Under the pieces are notes generated by a model. It was not told the origin of the DNA, made no database searches, and saw nothing but the letters and a program-made list of their open reading frames with translations. Made by a program: the position numbers and the translations under genes. This document shows, one piece after another, positions 21,204-31,476 of a DNA stretch of 64,000 nucleotides; position 1 is the stretch's first letter, and each line of letters opens with the position of its first letter. This DNA is from an uncultured bacterium (GTDB lineage Bacteria; Verrucomicrobiota; Verrucomicrobiia; Limisphaerales; UBA8199). The DNA lies in contig CAVVMW010000023.1 in NCBI GenBank assembly GCA_963749495.1, forward strand, positions 160,001 through 224,000. Reading direction: 5' to 3'.

Positions 21204-23390
21204 TTGAAGTCCGCGACCCCATTGCTGGCGGCCCTTGCGCTGCTCGCCGCGTCCGGAAATGGACTCCGGGCCGCCGAGTCCGCTGCAAAACCCCTCTACC
21301 TGGACCCAGCCCAACCCGCCGAGGACCGCGCTCGAGATCTGATCTCGCGCCTGACGCTCGAGGAGAAGGCGATGCTGCTCAATCACAAGGGGACGACGGT
21401 TGAACGCTTTGGCATCAAGTGCGATGGCTGGAACCAGTGCCTCCATGGCGTCTGCTGGGATCGGCCGACGACAATGTTCCCTGTCTCGCTGGCGATGGCG
21501 GCGACATGGGATTCCAACCTCGTCTATGAGGCGGCCACAGCCATCTCGGACGAAGCGCGCGCGATCTATAACGGCTGGCATCAGGACCCGAGTTTCCCCG
21601 GCGAACACAAGGGGCTGATCTACCGCGCGCCCGTGGTCAACATCGAACGAAACCCCTGCTGGGGGCGCAACGAGGAGGCCTACGGGGAGGACCCGTATCT
21701 GACAGGACGCCTCGGCGTGGCGTATGTCAAAGGTCTGCAGGGCCATGATCCAAAGTACCTGAAGCTCGTTTCCACGCTCAAGCATTTCGCGGTCAACAAC
21801 GTCGAGCAGGGGCGCCAGCAACTCTCCGCCACCGTGCCCGAGCGGATGCTCTATGAATACTGGCTGCCGCACTTCCGCGATTGCATCGTCGAGGGTCAGG
21901 CCCAGTCGGTCATGGCCTCTTACAACGCCATCAACGGCGTCCCCAGCAATATCAACCCGCTCCTGCTCACCGACATCCTCAAGAAGCGATGGGGCTTCCA
22001 GGGCTTTGTCGTATCGGACCTGGGCGGAGTGAACAGCATGGTCAAGGGGCACATGAAAGGCCAAATGACTTATGTGGATGCCGTGGCCCAATCGCTCATG
22101 GCCGGCTGCGACTTCTCCGACAAGGAGTTCGAGACCTATCTTCCGGCGGCGGTTCGGCAGGGGCTCGCTTCCGAAGCGCGGCTCAACGACGCGGTCTTCC
22201 GGGTCGTGCGCGACCGGATCCTCCTGGGCGAGTTCGATCCCCGGGACTTGGTGCCTTACAGCAGGATTCCCACCAGTGTTGTGTGCAGTCCTGAGCACCG
22301 GGCGCTGGCCTTGAAGGCGGCCCGGGAATCAATCGTCCTGCTCGTCAACCGGAACCACTTCCTGCCCCTCGCCAAGAGCAAACTCAAGAGGATTGCCGTC
22401 ATCGGTCCCCACGCCTACATGTTCACGCCCGGCGGCTACAGCGGCAAGGCCGACAGGCCGGTCAGGCCGCTCCAAGGCATCCGGAACCGCGCCGCACCGG
22501 GGGCCGAGGTGCTTTACGCCCAAGGATGCCGGATCAGCCAAGCCCGGAGCGCCAACGCAAGCGGGGCGCCCGTGGACGGCGAGGCGGCCTCAATCGCCCA
22601 GGGGGTCGCGCTCGCCCGCGGCGCGGATGTGGCTCTCGTTTACGTCGGCACCGACAGCCGCATCGAGTCGGAAGGGCACGACCGCTCCGGCCTCGGGCTG
22701 CCGGGCCGTCAGGAGGACCTCGTCGAGGCGGTGCTGGCGGCCAACCCGAACACCGTCGTCGTGCTCATGAACGCCGGCCCGTTGGCGGTGCCTTGGCTTA
22801 AGGAAAACGTGCCCGCCATGCTCGAGGCCTGGTGGAATGGCGTCGAAGGCGGCAACGCCATCGCCGACGTGCTCTTCGGCGACGTGAACCCCGCGGGGCG
22901 TCTGCCGCACACCGTTTATGCCTCCGAAAGCCAGGTGCCCGCCCAGGATGAATACGATGTGAGCAAGGGTTTCACCTATATGTATCTGGAGGGCCGGCCG
23001 CTGTTTGCCTTCGGCCACGGCCTGAGTTACACCACCTTTGAGTATTCCAACCTCCGGGCCTCCCCCAGGCGGGTCCCGCCGACCGGCCAGGTCGCGGTGA
23101 GCGTGGACGTGGAGAACACAGGCGAGCGCGCGGGCGACGAAGTGGTTCAGCTTTACGTGCATCAGGTGGCGTGCAGCGTGAAGCGGCCGGGCAAGGAGTT
23201 GCGCGGCTTCGAACGCGTGACGTTGCGTCCGGGCGAGAAGAAGACCGTCACGTTCACCCTGCAGGCTGAAAAGCTGGCGTTTTACGACGTGACAACCCAC
23301 GGATTTGTCGTGGAGCCTGGCGCGTTCAACGTCCTGGTCGGCTCTTCGTCCGAGGACATTCGAGCCAAGGGTCAATTGGAAGTGCAATAG
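21204..23390 (+). CDS. GH3 beta-glucosidase/beta-xylosidase with Fn3-like domain
   Basis: WGRNEEAYGEDP, KHF, VMASYN, VVSD nucleophile, ESEGHDR, FGHGLSYT, GDEVVQLY. Confidence 0.95.
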   Translation: MKSATPLLAALALLAASGNGLRAAESAAKPLYLDPAQPAEDRARDLISRLTLEEKAMLLNHKGTTVERFGIKCDGWNQCLHGVCWDRPTTMFPVSLAMAATWDSNLVYEAATAISDEARAIYNGWHQDPSFPGEHKGLIYRAPVVNIERNPCWGRNEEAYGEDPYLTGRLGVAYVKGLQGHDPKYLKLVSTLKHFAVNNVEQGRQQLSATVPERMLYEYWLPHFRDCIVEGQAQSVMASYNAINGVPSNINPLLLTDILKKRWGFQGFVVSDLGGVNSMVKGHMKGQMTYVDAVAQSLMAGCDFSDKEFETYLPAAVRQGLASEARLNDAVFRVVRDRILLGEFDPRDLVPYSRIPTSVVCSPEHRALALKAARESIVLLVNRNHFLPLAKSKLKRIAVIGPHAYMFTPGGYSGKADRPVRPLQGIRNRAAPGAEVLYAQGCRISQARSANASGAPVDGEAASIAQGVALARGADVALVYVGTDSRIESEGHDRSGLGLPGRQEDLVEAVLAANPNTVVVLMNAGPLAVPWLKENVPAMLEAWWNGVEGGNAIADVLFGDVNPAGRLPHTVYASESQVPAQDEYDVSKGFTYMYLEGRPLFAFGHGLSYTTFEYSNLRASPRRVPPTGQVAVSVDVENTGERAGDEVVQLYVHQVACSVKRPGKELRGFERVTLRPGEKKTVTFTLQAEKLAFYDVTTHGFVVEPGAFNVLVGSSSEDIRAKGQLEVQ

Positions 23391-23394
23391 CTGT

Positions 23395-24375
23395 TCAAGG
23401 CACCGCTTGGGTGAGCACGATGTTTCGGTAGGCGATGCCACCGTGGTCGCCTTGCAGGTAGATCGGTCCTGGCAATTCCTCATGGCTGTCGAAGGCTCCC
23501 CCCGTGATGCCTGGTATTTCTTTGTTGTCGATAATCGTTTGGCCGTTCTGGACGACCGTGACGAACCGCCCCATCAGCGTAATGTCGAACGTTTGCCAGA
23601 CGCCCGGGCATCGTGGCTGCTCCGGGCTCGGCGCCAGGAAACCATAGACTGCGCCCATGTGATGGCTGGGCGGTTCCTGGATGGAATCATCCTCCACCTG
23701 CACCTGGTACCGGCCACGCAAATAGATGCCGCTGTTGGCGTTGGTGGGGCAATTGACTTCCAGGTGCAGTTTGAAATCCTGGAATTTCCCATCCGTGGCG
23801 ATGTTCGAGCCGGCGGACCTGTTGACCAGACAGCCGTGTTCCACCGCCCAACTCGTCGCTTTCGGTGGATTGTCGAAGGTCCACCCGCTGAAATCCCGCC
23901 CATTGAAGAGCGTGATCGGCTCCGTCCACTTGACGTTGTCCGGCGGCTTGAGCGCGGGAGCACGTCTGCCAGTCCAGGTCCACGGGGTTCCGTTGGGCCC
24001 CTTGGCCGAGCCGGCCAGGGTTTCGCCGATCAGCTTTCCCTCAAAAACGAGGTCGGTTCGGCTGTCTTCTTCCTGCCTGGGGGAAACGAACCGAACGTGG
24101 CCGCCCTGGACGAGGACCTCGGGCAACGGGCGGGCGTTTCCCCAACGGCCCACAAAACTGGCTTTCCAGACCCCCTGACCCAGTTTCAACTCCAACCATG
24201 ATGGGAGTTGCTTCTGGTTCGCATCTTGGATCGTGAGGTCCCAACGCCCGGCCAATGCCTCGGCGGGGGCCGCTCCGGCCAGGTGGCCGGCAGCGAGGGT
24301 GCCGCCCAAGGCCAAGAGGAGCCGCAGCCAACGGGTCCGAGAGGTCGCTTGAAAGCATCTGGATCTGTATTTCAT
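23395..24375 (-). CDS. DUF1080 (3-keto-disaccharide hydrolase-like) secreted protein
   Basis: LFNGRDFSGW, F.DF.LHLE, NSGIYL, GPIYLQGDH, YRNI. Confidence 0.9.
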   Translation of the reverse strand: MKYRSRCFQATSRTRWLRLLLALGGTLAAGHLAGAAPAEALAGRWDLTIQDANQKQLPSWLELKLGQGVWKASFVGRWGNARPLPEVLVQGGHVRFVSPRQEEDSRTDLVFEGKLIGETLAGSAKGPNGTPWTWTGRRAPALKPPDNVKWTEPITLFNGRDFSGWTFDNPPKATSWAVEHGCLVNRSAGSNIATDGKFQDFKLHLEVNCPTNANSGIYLRGRYQVQVEDDSIQEPPSHHMGAVYGFLAPSPEQPRCPGVWQTFDITLMGRFVTVVQNGQTIIDNKEIPGITGGAFDSHEELPGPIYLQGDHGGIAYRNIVLTQAVP

Positions 24376-24462
24376 CAGAGGCAGTTTAGATCTCTATTCT
24401 CTTGCCTCTTCGAGTCCAAAATTTCGGAAGCTGGGCCTCCGAGGTTGTTTCTGTTCACTCCT

Positions 24463-24492
24463 TGCTACAGGAAAAAGGTAGGAAGGTTACAA
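24463..24492 (-). promoter_or_regulatory. Putative ECF promoter TTGTAACCTT-N8-TTTCCTGTAGCA, copy 1
   Basis: 22 of 30 positions identical, with identical spacing, to 26184-26213; 88 bp upstream of the DUF1080 start. Confidence 0.7.
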
Positions 24493-24538
24493 GGCGCAAA
24501 CCTCACGGCGTCGCTGCATTGCCCAGCACGCTGTGTGC

Positions 24539-25390
24539 CTAGTCGTTGACGCTGGTGAGCTGGATCCGGAACGTGTCGAGGACCGAAGCCATGTCCATGG
24601 AATCTCCATGCGAGTATGCGAGCATGAGCCCTGCAAAGCTCTTCTGCAACGAATCCTTGGCACCTTGGAATTGTGAGAGCAGCGCCGGTTCGGGGACGTG
24701 CTCGAGTTGGAACGGCCTGCCGCTGATTTTTTCGAAGCGGGCCACCACTTCAAGCGGGCTAAGCGCCTCCGGTCCGCCAAATTCGATGACCCTCCGCTCG
24801 GCCGCACGATGTCGAAGGCCAAGCGCGCACACCTCGGCGACATCGCGGAAGGACACCCAACTGATTGGGTTGGTTCCCGGTCCGCAGATGCGAGCCGTCG
24901 CGTTCGCATAGTCGAAACCCAGGGCCGGGCTGAGCCATACCTCCATGAAGAAACTCGCCTGAATGATGGTGAAGTTCAGGCCCTTGATGGCCTGTTCGAC
25001 CCGTTGCTTGGCATCGCCCAGCGGGAACGACAGGCCGGGCGGGCGGCGAAATGACAGAAACAGAAAACGGCCCGCGTCTGCGGCCTTGGCTGCGTCCACG
25101 AGGTCCAACTGTCCGGTGGCGTCCACCGATTCAATCGAATCGCCCGGCTGGCGGGACAAAGTCGAGGAGGCGGTCGAAATCACTGCCTCGACGCCGCGAC
25201 AGGCGGCAGCCAGCGCCTGAGGTTCCTTCAGGTCGCCGAGGCACAACTCGACACCGGATGAGCGCAGGGCTTCCACCCTTTCCTTCGAGCTGGCAGCTCG
25301 AACGCGTGCTCGAATCAATTCCCCTCGCTCGGCCAGCTTTTGACAAATCGCGCTGCCCACCAGACCGGTAGCACCGACAACCACAACCAT
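24539..25390 (-). CDS. NmrA-like/atypical SDR NAD(P)-binding oxidoreductase
   Basis: VVGATGLVG Rossmann motif, GDL, K..VE, V..RDVA, GGPEALS. Confidence 0.9.
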   Translation of the reverse strand: MVVVVGATGLVGSAICQKLAERGELIRARVRAASSKERVEALRSSGVELCLGDLKEPQALAAACRGVEAVISTASSTLSRQPGDSIESVDATGQLDLVDAAKAADAGRFLFLSFRRPPGLSFPLGDAKQRVEQAIKGLNFTIIQASFFMEVWLSPALGFDYANATARICGPGTNPISWVSFRDVAEVCALGLRHRAAERRVIEFGGPEALSPLEVVARFEKISGRPFQLEHVPEPALLSQFQGAKDSLQKSFAGLMLAYSHGDSMDMASVLDTFRIQLTSVND

Positions 25391-25460
25391 ATCCGGAACT
25401 ATGCCCCATCGTATGCTGCCGTCTCAAGCATTTTCATGTGGCTGACTAATGATATTCCCC

Positions 25461-25483
25461 CTCTCCCCATCCGATGGGGAGAG
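25461..25483. repeat. CTCTCCCCAT-CCG-ATGGGGAGAG hairpin (REP-like)
   Basis: Perfect 10-bp stem; similar hairpin at 53194-53216. Confidence 0.55.
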
Positions 25484-25518
25484 CGAGGGAAATGTGGCGG
25501 ACCAATCGGGTGCGAGCA

Positions 25519-26067
25519 TCAATGATGCAGATCTGGACCAGGCAACTCCAGCCAACCGTCGAGTGGGCAGAAAGCCGCTGCTGCGGTCCCTGAAGCGCCG
25601 CAGGTTCCGAAGCCTTTCACTCCGTGAAAGATTCCCGTCCCCGAGGTGAGGTCGTAATAGCCGGAGGTGTTGACCACACCGGTAGCGGTGTTAATAGTAC
25701 CCGTCGTGTGAAACGTGCCATACATGCTGCCTACCTCGGTGTCGGTGTCATCATAAAAGGTGATGGTCATAGCGACGCAATGCGCGGAAATGTCCCAAAC
25801 AGGCTTGGTGGGATCCGCAATAGTGAAGTATCCGACGTTGTTCAGGCTCACGGTATAGGTGGTTTCACCCTCCAGCCCAGACACGGTCGCAGTGCCTGTC
25901 CAGCCGCTTTCGAAGAAGAGCAAGGTGGCCGGATTCCCTACCGGCGTGGCCACCGGCAGGGTGACTGGGCCGGAGACACCCGTCGAGAACCTCGCAAACG
26001 TATCGGCAAGAGCCGAGACCGCGCTGAGGGCGAGGCCGAGGGTTAAGGCGAAACGGAGTTTTTTCAT
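25519..26067 (-). CDS. Secreted hypothetical Thr/Gly-rich beta protein
   Basis: MKKLRFALTLGLALSAVSALA signal; GGAAAA RBS; C-terminal G.Y.LTSGTG.F.G..G.G barrel motif. Confidence 0.75.
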   Translation of the reverse strand: MKKLRFALTLGLALSAVSALADTFARFSTGVSGPVTLPVATPVGNPATLLFFESGWTGTATVSGLEGETTYTVSLNNVGYFTIADPTKPVWDISAHCVAMTITFYDDTDTEVGSMYGTFHTTGTINTATGVVNTSGYYDLTSGTGIFHGVKGFGTCGASGTAAAAFCPLDGWLELPGPDLHH

Positions 26068-26183
26068 ACTGTTTTTCCTTTCTTTTTCGGAAGCTCTGCC
26101 TCCGAAGTTGTTGCTGTTAGTTCTGTTTTGTATTGGTTTGAGCGTGGAATGAACTTCTCCACTTCACGCCTTCATTCACCCGG

Positions 26184-26213
26184 TGCTACAGGAAATCCGG
26201 CGAAAGGTTACAA
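26184..26213 (-). promoter_or_regulatory. Putative ECF promoter TTGTAACCTT-N8-TTTCCTGTAGCA, copy 2
   Basis: Matches 24463-24492; 117 bp upstream of the 26067 start. Confidence 0.7.
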
Positions 26214-26234
26214 AGACTTTCGAAGACTCAGGCA

Positions 26235-27086
26235 CTAACAGTCTGGTTTCCACGTGAAACCGTCTTCCTTCCGGACCACGCGGCCCAGGCCCGGAAAGGG
26301 GAAATGAAACGACATGACCGCCGCCCCGGTATCAGCGGCGCGTTCGAGAAGACGCCGCCGGCTGGCGATCCCCTTCTCCGGATAAATGTCCACCACCGAG
26401 TACCACTCGATCCGCTCGATCATCATGGGGTGCAGGAACGTATCAACGGCGTCAATGAACGTCTCTCCTTGGGAATTGATTTCGAGGGCCAAGTGGCCGG
26501 GAGTATGACCCGGCGCCGGGATTGTGCGAATACCCGGAACAAGCTCTTCCTCGCCATCCACCAGGTCAAGCCGGTGCCGGATCGGGGGCAGCATGGCCTC
26601 GACATATTGAAGCAGCAACTGCTCGAGGTGATCGCCGCAGTTCAAGCTGGAGAGATCGGGCTTGGAGGTCCAGAAATCCCACTCGACCCTCGACATCACG
26701 TAGCGAGCATTGGGAAACGCCAGGTTGCCATCGGAGTCGAGGTTGCCGCCAATATGGTCAGCGTGGGCGTGCGTCAGGATCACCGTGTCGATGTTTCCGG
26801 GATCGATACCTTCACTCCGCAGGTTCTGGACCAGCCGCCCCGTCGTAGGCGCGAGGTTTCCGGCGCCGGTATCCACGAGCACCCGATGCTCGCCGGTATC
26901 GAGATAAAGACAAACGTAGGGCGTGGTAATTTGATCCAGGGGAAGGTGGCGCTCGCGCAGCCCCTGTTCGTAATCTTCCTTCCGGGCGTTCGCGAAGAGC
27001 AGCCCGGCAGGGTAGGCGAAGGTCCCGTCGCTCACAGCCAGGCAATCAAAGGCCCCGATCTTGAATCGGTGTGTCTCAGCTTCCAT
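26235..27086 (-). CDS. MBL-fold metallo-hydrolase
   Basis: LVDTG, THAHADHIGG, PGHTPGH, FHFPFPG; GGAGG RBS. Confidence 0.92.
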   Translation of the reverse strand: MEAETHRFKIGAFDCLAVSDGTFAYPAGLLFANARKEDYEQGLRERHLPLDQITTPYVCLYLDTGEHRVLVDTGAGNLAPTTGRLVQNLRSEGIDPGNIDTVILTHAHADHIGGNLDSDGNLAFPNARYVMSRVEWDFWTSKPDLSSLNCGDHLEQLLLQYVEAMLPPIRHRLDLVDGEEELVPGIRTIPAPGHTPGHLALEINSQGETFIDAVDTFLHPMMIERIEWYSVVDIYPEKGIASRRRLLERAADTGAAVMSFHFPFPGLGRVVRKEDGFTWKPDC

Positions 27087-29770
27087 GGGTCCCTCCTGGC
27101 GCCGGCAGCCTGGCGCGACCGAGCATTTCCTGAAGCCGGGTGTCAGAGCGAAAGGCGTCAAAGGCCGGATCCACGTTGAAGTAGGCCATCCTCACCGACC
27201 TTTCTTCGCAGGCGTTCCCAAGCCACACCAGCGTTTGATCGCGGTTCCCCAGGCCCGCCCAGATGCCCGCAATAGAATAAGCGGAGACGTACCTTTGAGG
27301 GCTGATCGTTTCCAGCCCCTGGAGAAGCTCCCGGGCTTTGTCTTCCTTGCCCCAGAGCGCATAGGTGCGAGCGAGCGAGGCCAGGATGGCCGGATTTTCT
27401 CGGGCCAGTTCCAGGCCGCGTTGAAAGTGCCCAAGGGCGTCCTCGAAGCGGCCAAGCTGTTCGCAGGCATACCCCAGGAGCCAGAAAGAAAGGTAATAAC
27501 CTGGCTCGATCTCCAGGCTGTTCCGGACCTTCTGGATTGCCTCTTCGTAGCGTCGGGCGCAAAAGGAGAGGAAGACGTCTGCGAGAGAAGGGCGGCTGAT
27601 AGCGGGTCCAGTTCGAGGCCTTGACGGATTTCGTCGGCGGCCTTGTCGAATTCCCCCAAGCCGGTAAGAATCTCCCCATATACCTGGCGCGCTCGAGGAT
27701 AGTTTGGGTTGAGCGCGATGGCCCTTTGGATTGTCTTCAGGGCGGCTTCGCGGTCGCGTTCGTAGATGAAGAGCACGACGGCAAGAGGGGTATGGGCTTC
27801 GGCAAGCTGATCGTCGAGCTCGAGCGCTTTCATGGCCCAAGCCTTCCCCTTGGGAAAGGCCTCAGCCGGGGGGACATACTCCCAACGTCCGAGCGGCATA
27901 TAGGATTCGGCGAGCCCGGCGTATGCCAGCGCGTACATGGGGTCCACTTCGATTGCCTGTCGGAAGAATTCAATTCCTTTCCGAATGCTCTGCTCGGTGC
28001 GTTTGTTCCAAAAGAATCGGCCTTTGAGGTAGAGTTCGTAGGCCCGGCGGTTTTCGGTGGGGCGCTTGGCGAGCCGCTTCTTCTCGCGCTCCGTCAGCTC
28101 CACTCGGAGGTTTTCGCAGATCTCGCGGGCGATCTCCTCCTGCACTGTGAACACATCCTGAAGAGGCCGCTGGAACTGCTTGCCCCAGAGCCGCCACCCA
28201 TTGGTGGCGTCCACCAGTTCCGCCTCAATGACCAGGCTGTCGCCTCGTTGCACGACTCTCCCGGTCAGCACCGCCCGGACGTTCAAATCCCGCCCGACCG
28301 CCTGGGGATCGGCCGCCCGCCCCTTGTAGCGGAAGACCGTGCTGCGCGCCATCACCCGGACCTTGGGGAATTCCGAAACGCTGTGAATGATGCTCTCCGT
28401 GATTCCGTCGGTGAAATACTCGGCGCCGGGGTCAGAGCCCGCGTTCTCGAACGGCAGCACCGCGAGCGAATCCAAGGCCTTGCGTGGGGAGCGCGGCCGC
28501 GCGCCGGACCCGGTGACTGGCTTGGCGGCCGTGCGGCCGCCGTCGGTGTCCCGTTTAAGGCGCTTCAGGTCGGAAAGCAAACCCGACACGTTCTGGTAGC
28601 GCTTATTGCGGTGCTTCTCGAGCGCTCTGCCGATGACGCGTTCCAGCCCGGCGGGAGCAAGGGGGTTCAACTGAGTCGGAGGGATGGGCGCGCGGTTGAG
28701 AATGGCATCAATGACAACGGCGTAAGTGTTTCCCGGGAACGCCGGCTTGCCTGTGGCCATCTCATAGAGAACAACGCCGGAACTGAACACGTCAGTGCGC
28801 GCGTCCATTTCTTCGCCGCGCGCCTGTTCTGGAGACATGTACGGCACTGTCCCCATGGCGACCCCGGCACTCGTCGCGTATTCTTCCCCGCTCGCCGTTG
28901 GCGGATTCGCGGCCCCAGTTCCTTCCGCTGCCCATCCTGGTGGCGCGGATAGCTTCGCAAGCCCAAAATCAAGGACCTTGGCCTGGCCTCGCCCGCTAAT
29001 GAAAATATTCGCCGGCTTGATGTCCCGGTGAATGATGCCCTTGGAGTGCGCCGCATCCAAGGCATCGGCAACCTGGACCGCCAGTTCCAGCAGTTCGTCC
29101 GTCGGGACCGGCCCTTCCGCAATGCGGTGCTTCAGTGTCCGCCCTTCCAGAAACTCCATTACGATGAAGGGCTGCTCCTCGAACTGGCCGATGTCGTGAA
29201 TCACGCAAATGTTGGGGTGATTGAGCGCGCAAGCGGCATGGGCCTCGCGCCTGAATCGCGCCAAGGCCTGGGGCTCTCAGCGAGTGCTTCGGGCAGGAAC
29301 TTGAGGGCGACAAAGCGGGGTAGTTTGGTGTCTTGGGCCTTATAGACGACCCCCATTCCCCCGCTGCCCAACGGCTCGAGGATGCGGTAGTGAGAAATGG
29401 CCTTGCCCAGCATCGGTCGGATGGACGAGCCGCCCAAGGCGTTTCCTGCTTCGAGAGCGGAAAGGGGTGGCGGGGCGGGGCCGCTTGGAATCTCCCGCTC
29501 AGTGACGACCACCGCCTCGGCAGGGGCTACACTCTGCAGCGGATCCTGTTGGCCCATGAGGCCCTCGGGCCGCCCTCTAACCGGAATCACAGGGGTGGGG
29601 GCGTTCCGGCCAGGCCCATCGGCGGCGGCGTCCACGCCGGAGCCCAGACCGCCGAGCAACATGCAGGCGGGGCAAAGTCCTTCCGGCGCGCAGGCGCTCC
29701 GCGGCGTGCCGCACCGTTCGCAACGTCGAGCCGCCGGCATGGGACCAGTCTCGGTGCTCGTCGCTTCCAT
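27076..29770 (-). CDS. Ser/Thr protein kinase (Zn ribbon - kinase - TolB-like - TPR); frameshifts near 29265 and 27585
   Basis: CxxC...Cxx[49 protein letters not shown] helices spread over three frames. Confidence 0.88.
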
Positions 29771-29778
29771 ACCGTGAG

Positions 29779-30531
29779 TCAACTGCTGATCACCGCGATC
29801 AGATGCCGCAGCTCGTCATCCACTTCCTCGGGCGTGGCCACGGTGTGAGTGATTTCCGCCCGCAGCAGCTCCCGGTAACGCTGGCGCAGCCGATGCACCG
29901 CCACCTTGAGCGCGCCCTCGCTCAGACGCAACTGTGCGGCCACCTCGGCGTAGGGCGGCGAACCTTGCTCACCCCACAGGAGAACCTTCAACCGCTCAAA
30001 TTGCTCTGCCTTGCCGCGAGCCGTGAATTCCTCACGCAGCCGGGCCAGCACGTGTTCCAGCATGGTCACCGCCCACTGTTTCTCGAAGAGTTTCTCGGGC
30101 GTGGACGCGTCGGCCCGCTCCGCCTGGTAGCGCATTTCGCCCGCCTCCGTGTCCCAGGAGATGGCCGGTGCGCCGCCGCCCCGCTTTTGCGCGCCGCCTT
30201 TCTTCCATTCGTTGACCAGGAACCGCTGGAGCGAGGTGAGCAGAAACGTGCGGAACTTGCCGCGCTCGCGGTCGGCATGGCGCAGGTAATGGCGGCCCAG
30301 CAAGCGGGCGAAAAACTCCTGGGTCAGGTCCTGCGCGTCCTCCGGGCGGTGGCACCGGCGCCGGACATAGGCGTAAAGCGGATACCAGTAACCGCGGCAG
30401 AGCCGCTCCAGGGCGGCTTGTCCGCCGGCGGACGAGCTGTCGGCTGCGCTCAGCACGAGGCTCCAGTTGGTCGTCGTAAACTCGCTTGCCGGGCTGGAGG
30501 CGATATCAGTTTCGTGTGTGAGAGCCATCAA
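29779..30531 (-). CDS. Kinase-associated ECF sigma-70 factor
   Basis: [49 protein letters not shown]; immediately upstream of the kinase. Confidence 0.92.
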   Translation of the reverse strand: MMALTHETDIASSPASEFTTTNWSLVLSAADSSSAGGQAALERLCRGYWYPLYAYVRRRCHRPEDAQDLTQEFFARLLGRHYLRHADRERGKFRTFLLTSLQRFLVNEWKKGGAQKRGGGAPAISWDTEAGEMRYQAERADASTPEKLFEKQWAVTMLEHVLARLREEFTARGKAEQFERLKVLLWGEQGSPPYAEVAAQLRLSEGALKVAVHRLRQRYRELLRAEITHTVATPEEVDDELRHLIAVISS

Positions 30532-30610
30532 GATTTCTGTACACTACCTCAGCTTGAAGTGTTGCGCAAGGTGTCCGCCAGCCGCCGGCGCCCTCTCGCC
30601 TGCATCCGGG

Positions 30611-30683
30611 GTCGAGTAGGGACGCGGGTTGCCCCGCGTCCCCCTCGCAGATCCCGGCGGGCGGTTTTCCCGCACCGGGCTCT
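30611..30683 (-). ncRNA. Group II intron catalytic domains V-VI
   Basis: Canonical DV-type hairpin, DVI stem with branch-A context, terminal AC. Confidence 0.85.
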
Positions 30684-30974
30684 TCACGACGCCTCGCTCG
30701 CGCACGCGCACGGTCGGTAGGCGTCCCCAAACAGCTTGATCTGACTGAGCCGCTCGAGGTCCCAATCCGCCGGGCCACGCAGACGCAGAGAGCCCCCTGC
30801 CCGTTCCACCACTCGCGGTGGTGGCACCTTGAAGCGCTGGAGCAGCCGATCGAAGGTGCGCCAAGTGAAACTGCTCCGCTGACTACGCCGATTCAGCCAC
30901 TTGAACAGGATGCGGCTGGTTTCGCGGTGGTAGCGGTTCAGGCTCTCAGAGTTGCCTATGACTCCATAGTAATT
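30611..30974 (-). mobile_element. Group II intron 3' remnant (maturase tail plus domains V and VI)
   Basis: Frame 30974-30684 reads NYYGVIGN...LFKWLNRRSQRSSFTW..F..LL; followed by DV GAGCCCGGTGCGGGAAAACCGCCCGCCGGGATCTG and DVI GGGACGCGG-GCAA-CCGCGTCCCTACTCGAC. Confidence 0.9.
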
Positions 30975-31087
30975 TCCACCGCCTAAGGGGGTTGGCAGGG
31001 CAAGTCAAAGGCCCTCCTCCTGTTCCAACTTGCGCGGGCGCACGACAGAATTCTCCGGGGGCACGATGGACCCGGAGGTGCGTGCTC

Positions 31088-31321
31088 TGGACGCCAAGGG
31101 CGTCGTTCATACCAGCCCAGGGCAACGCCCTGGGAAAAGCCGCCAATGATCATCTGGAGCGCTGAAAGCGCGATTCATCCTCCGGGAGCCTTATGAGGCA
31201 GGCCGTCGGCCTGCAACAGAATAGAAAATGTGCGGTGGACCCAGGGCGGCGGCTCGCCTGCGCTGCGCTCCGGCGGGCCTTGCCCTGGGCTGGTATGAAC
31301 AAGGCCTTCGGCCTGAACACC
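31088..31321. repeat. REP doublet (CCCAGGGCAACGCCCTGGG family), copy 2, inverted
   Basis: Same ordered hairpins as 13865-14119 in reverse; one loop carries an extra ~30-bp hairpin. Confidence 0.88.
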
Positions 31322-31476
31322 AGCGTGCCAACCCCAGGCCTGGCATCAGGGAGAGGACCAAGCGGTGTAAATATATGGGCCTCACATACGAGAGCTCCCG
31401 AAATCGTCGCAAATCACAGGGTTTGAAGAATGTCCTCATGCGTCCTACTCACGTGCCATCCACCATGCCCCTCGGT

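Noticed and set aside
24539..24541. Pyrrolysine or stop-codon recoding
   Set aside because: Single case near a C-terminus; other genes here end normally at TAG; no pyl genes in the window
30684..30974. Retron, DGR or other RT-based system
   Set aside because: No RT catalytic core and no template/variable repeat pair; DV-DVI directly follow, so it is a group II intron remnant
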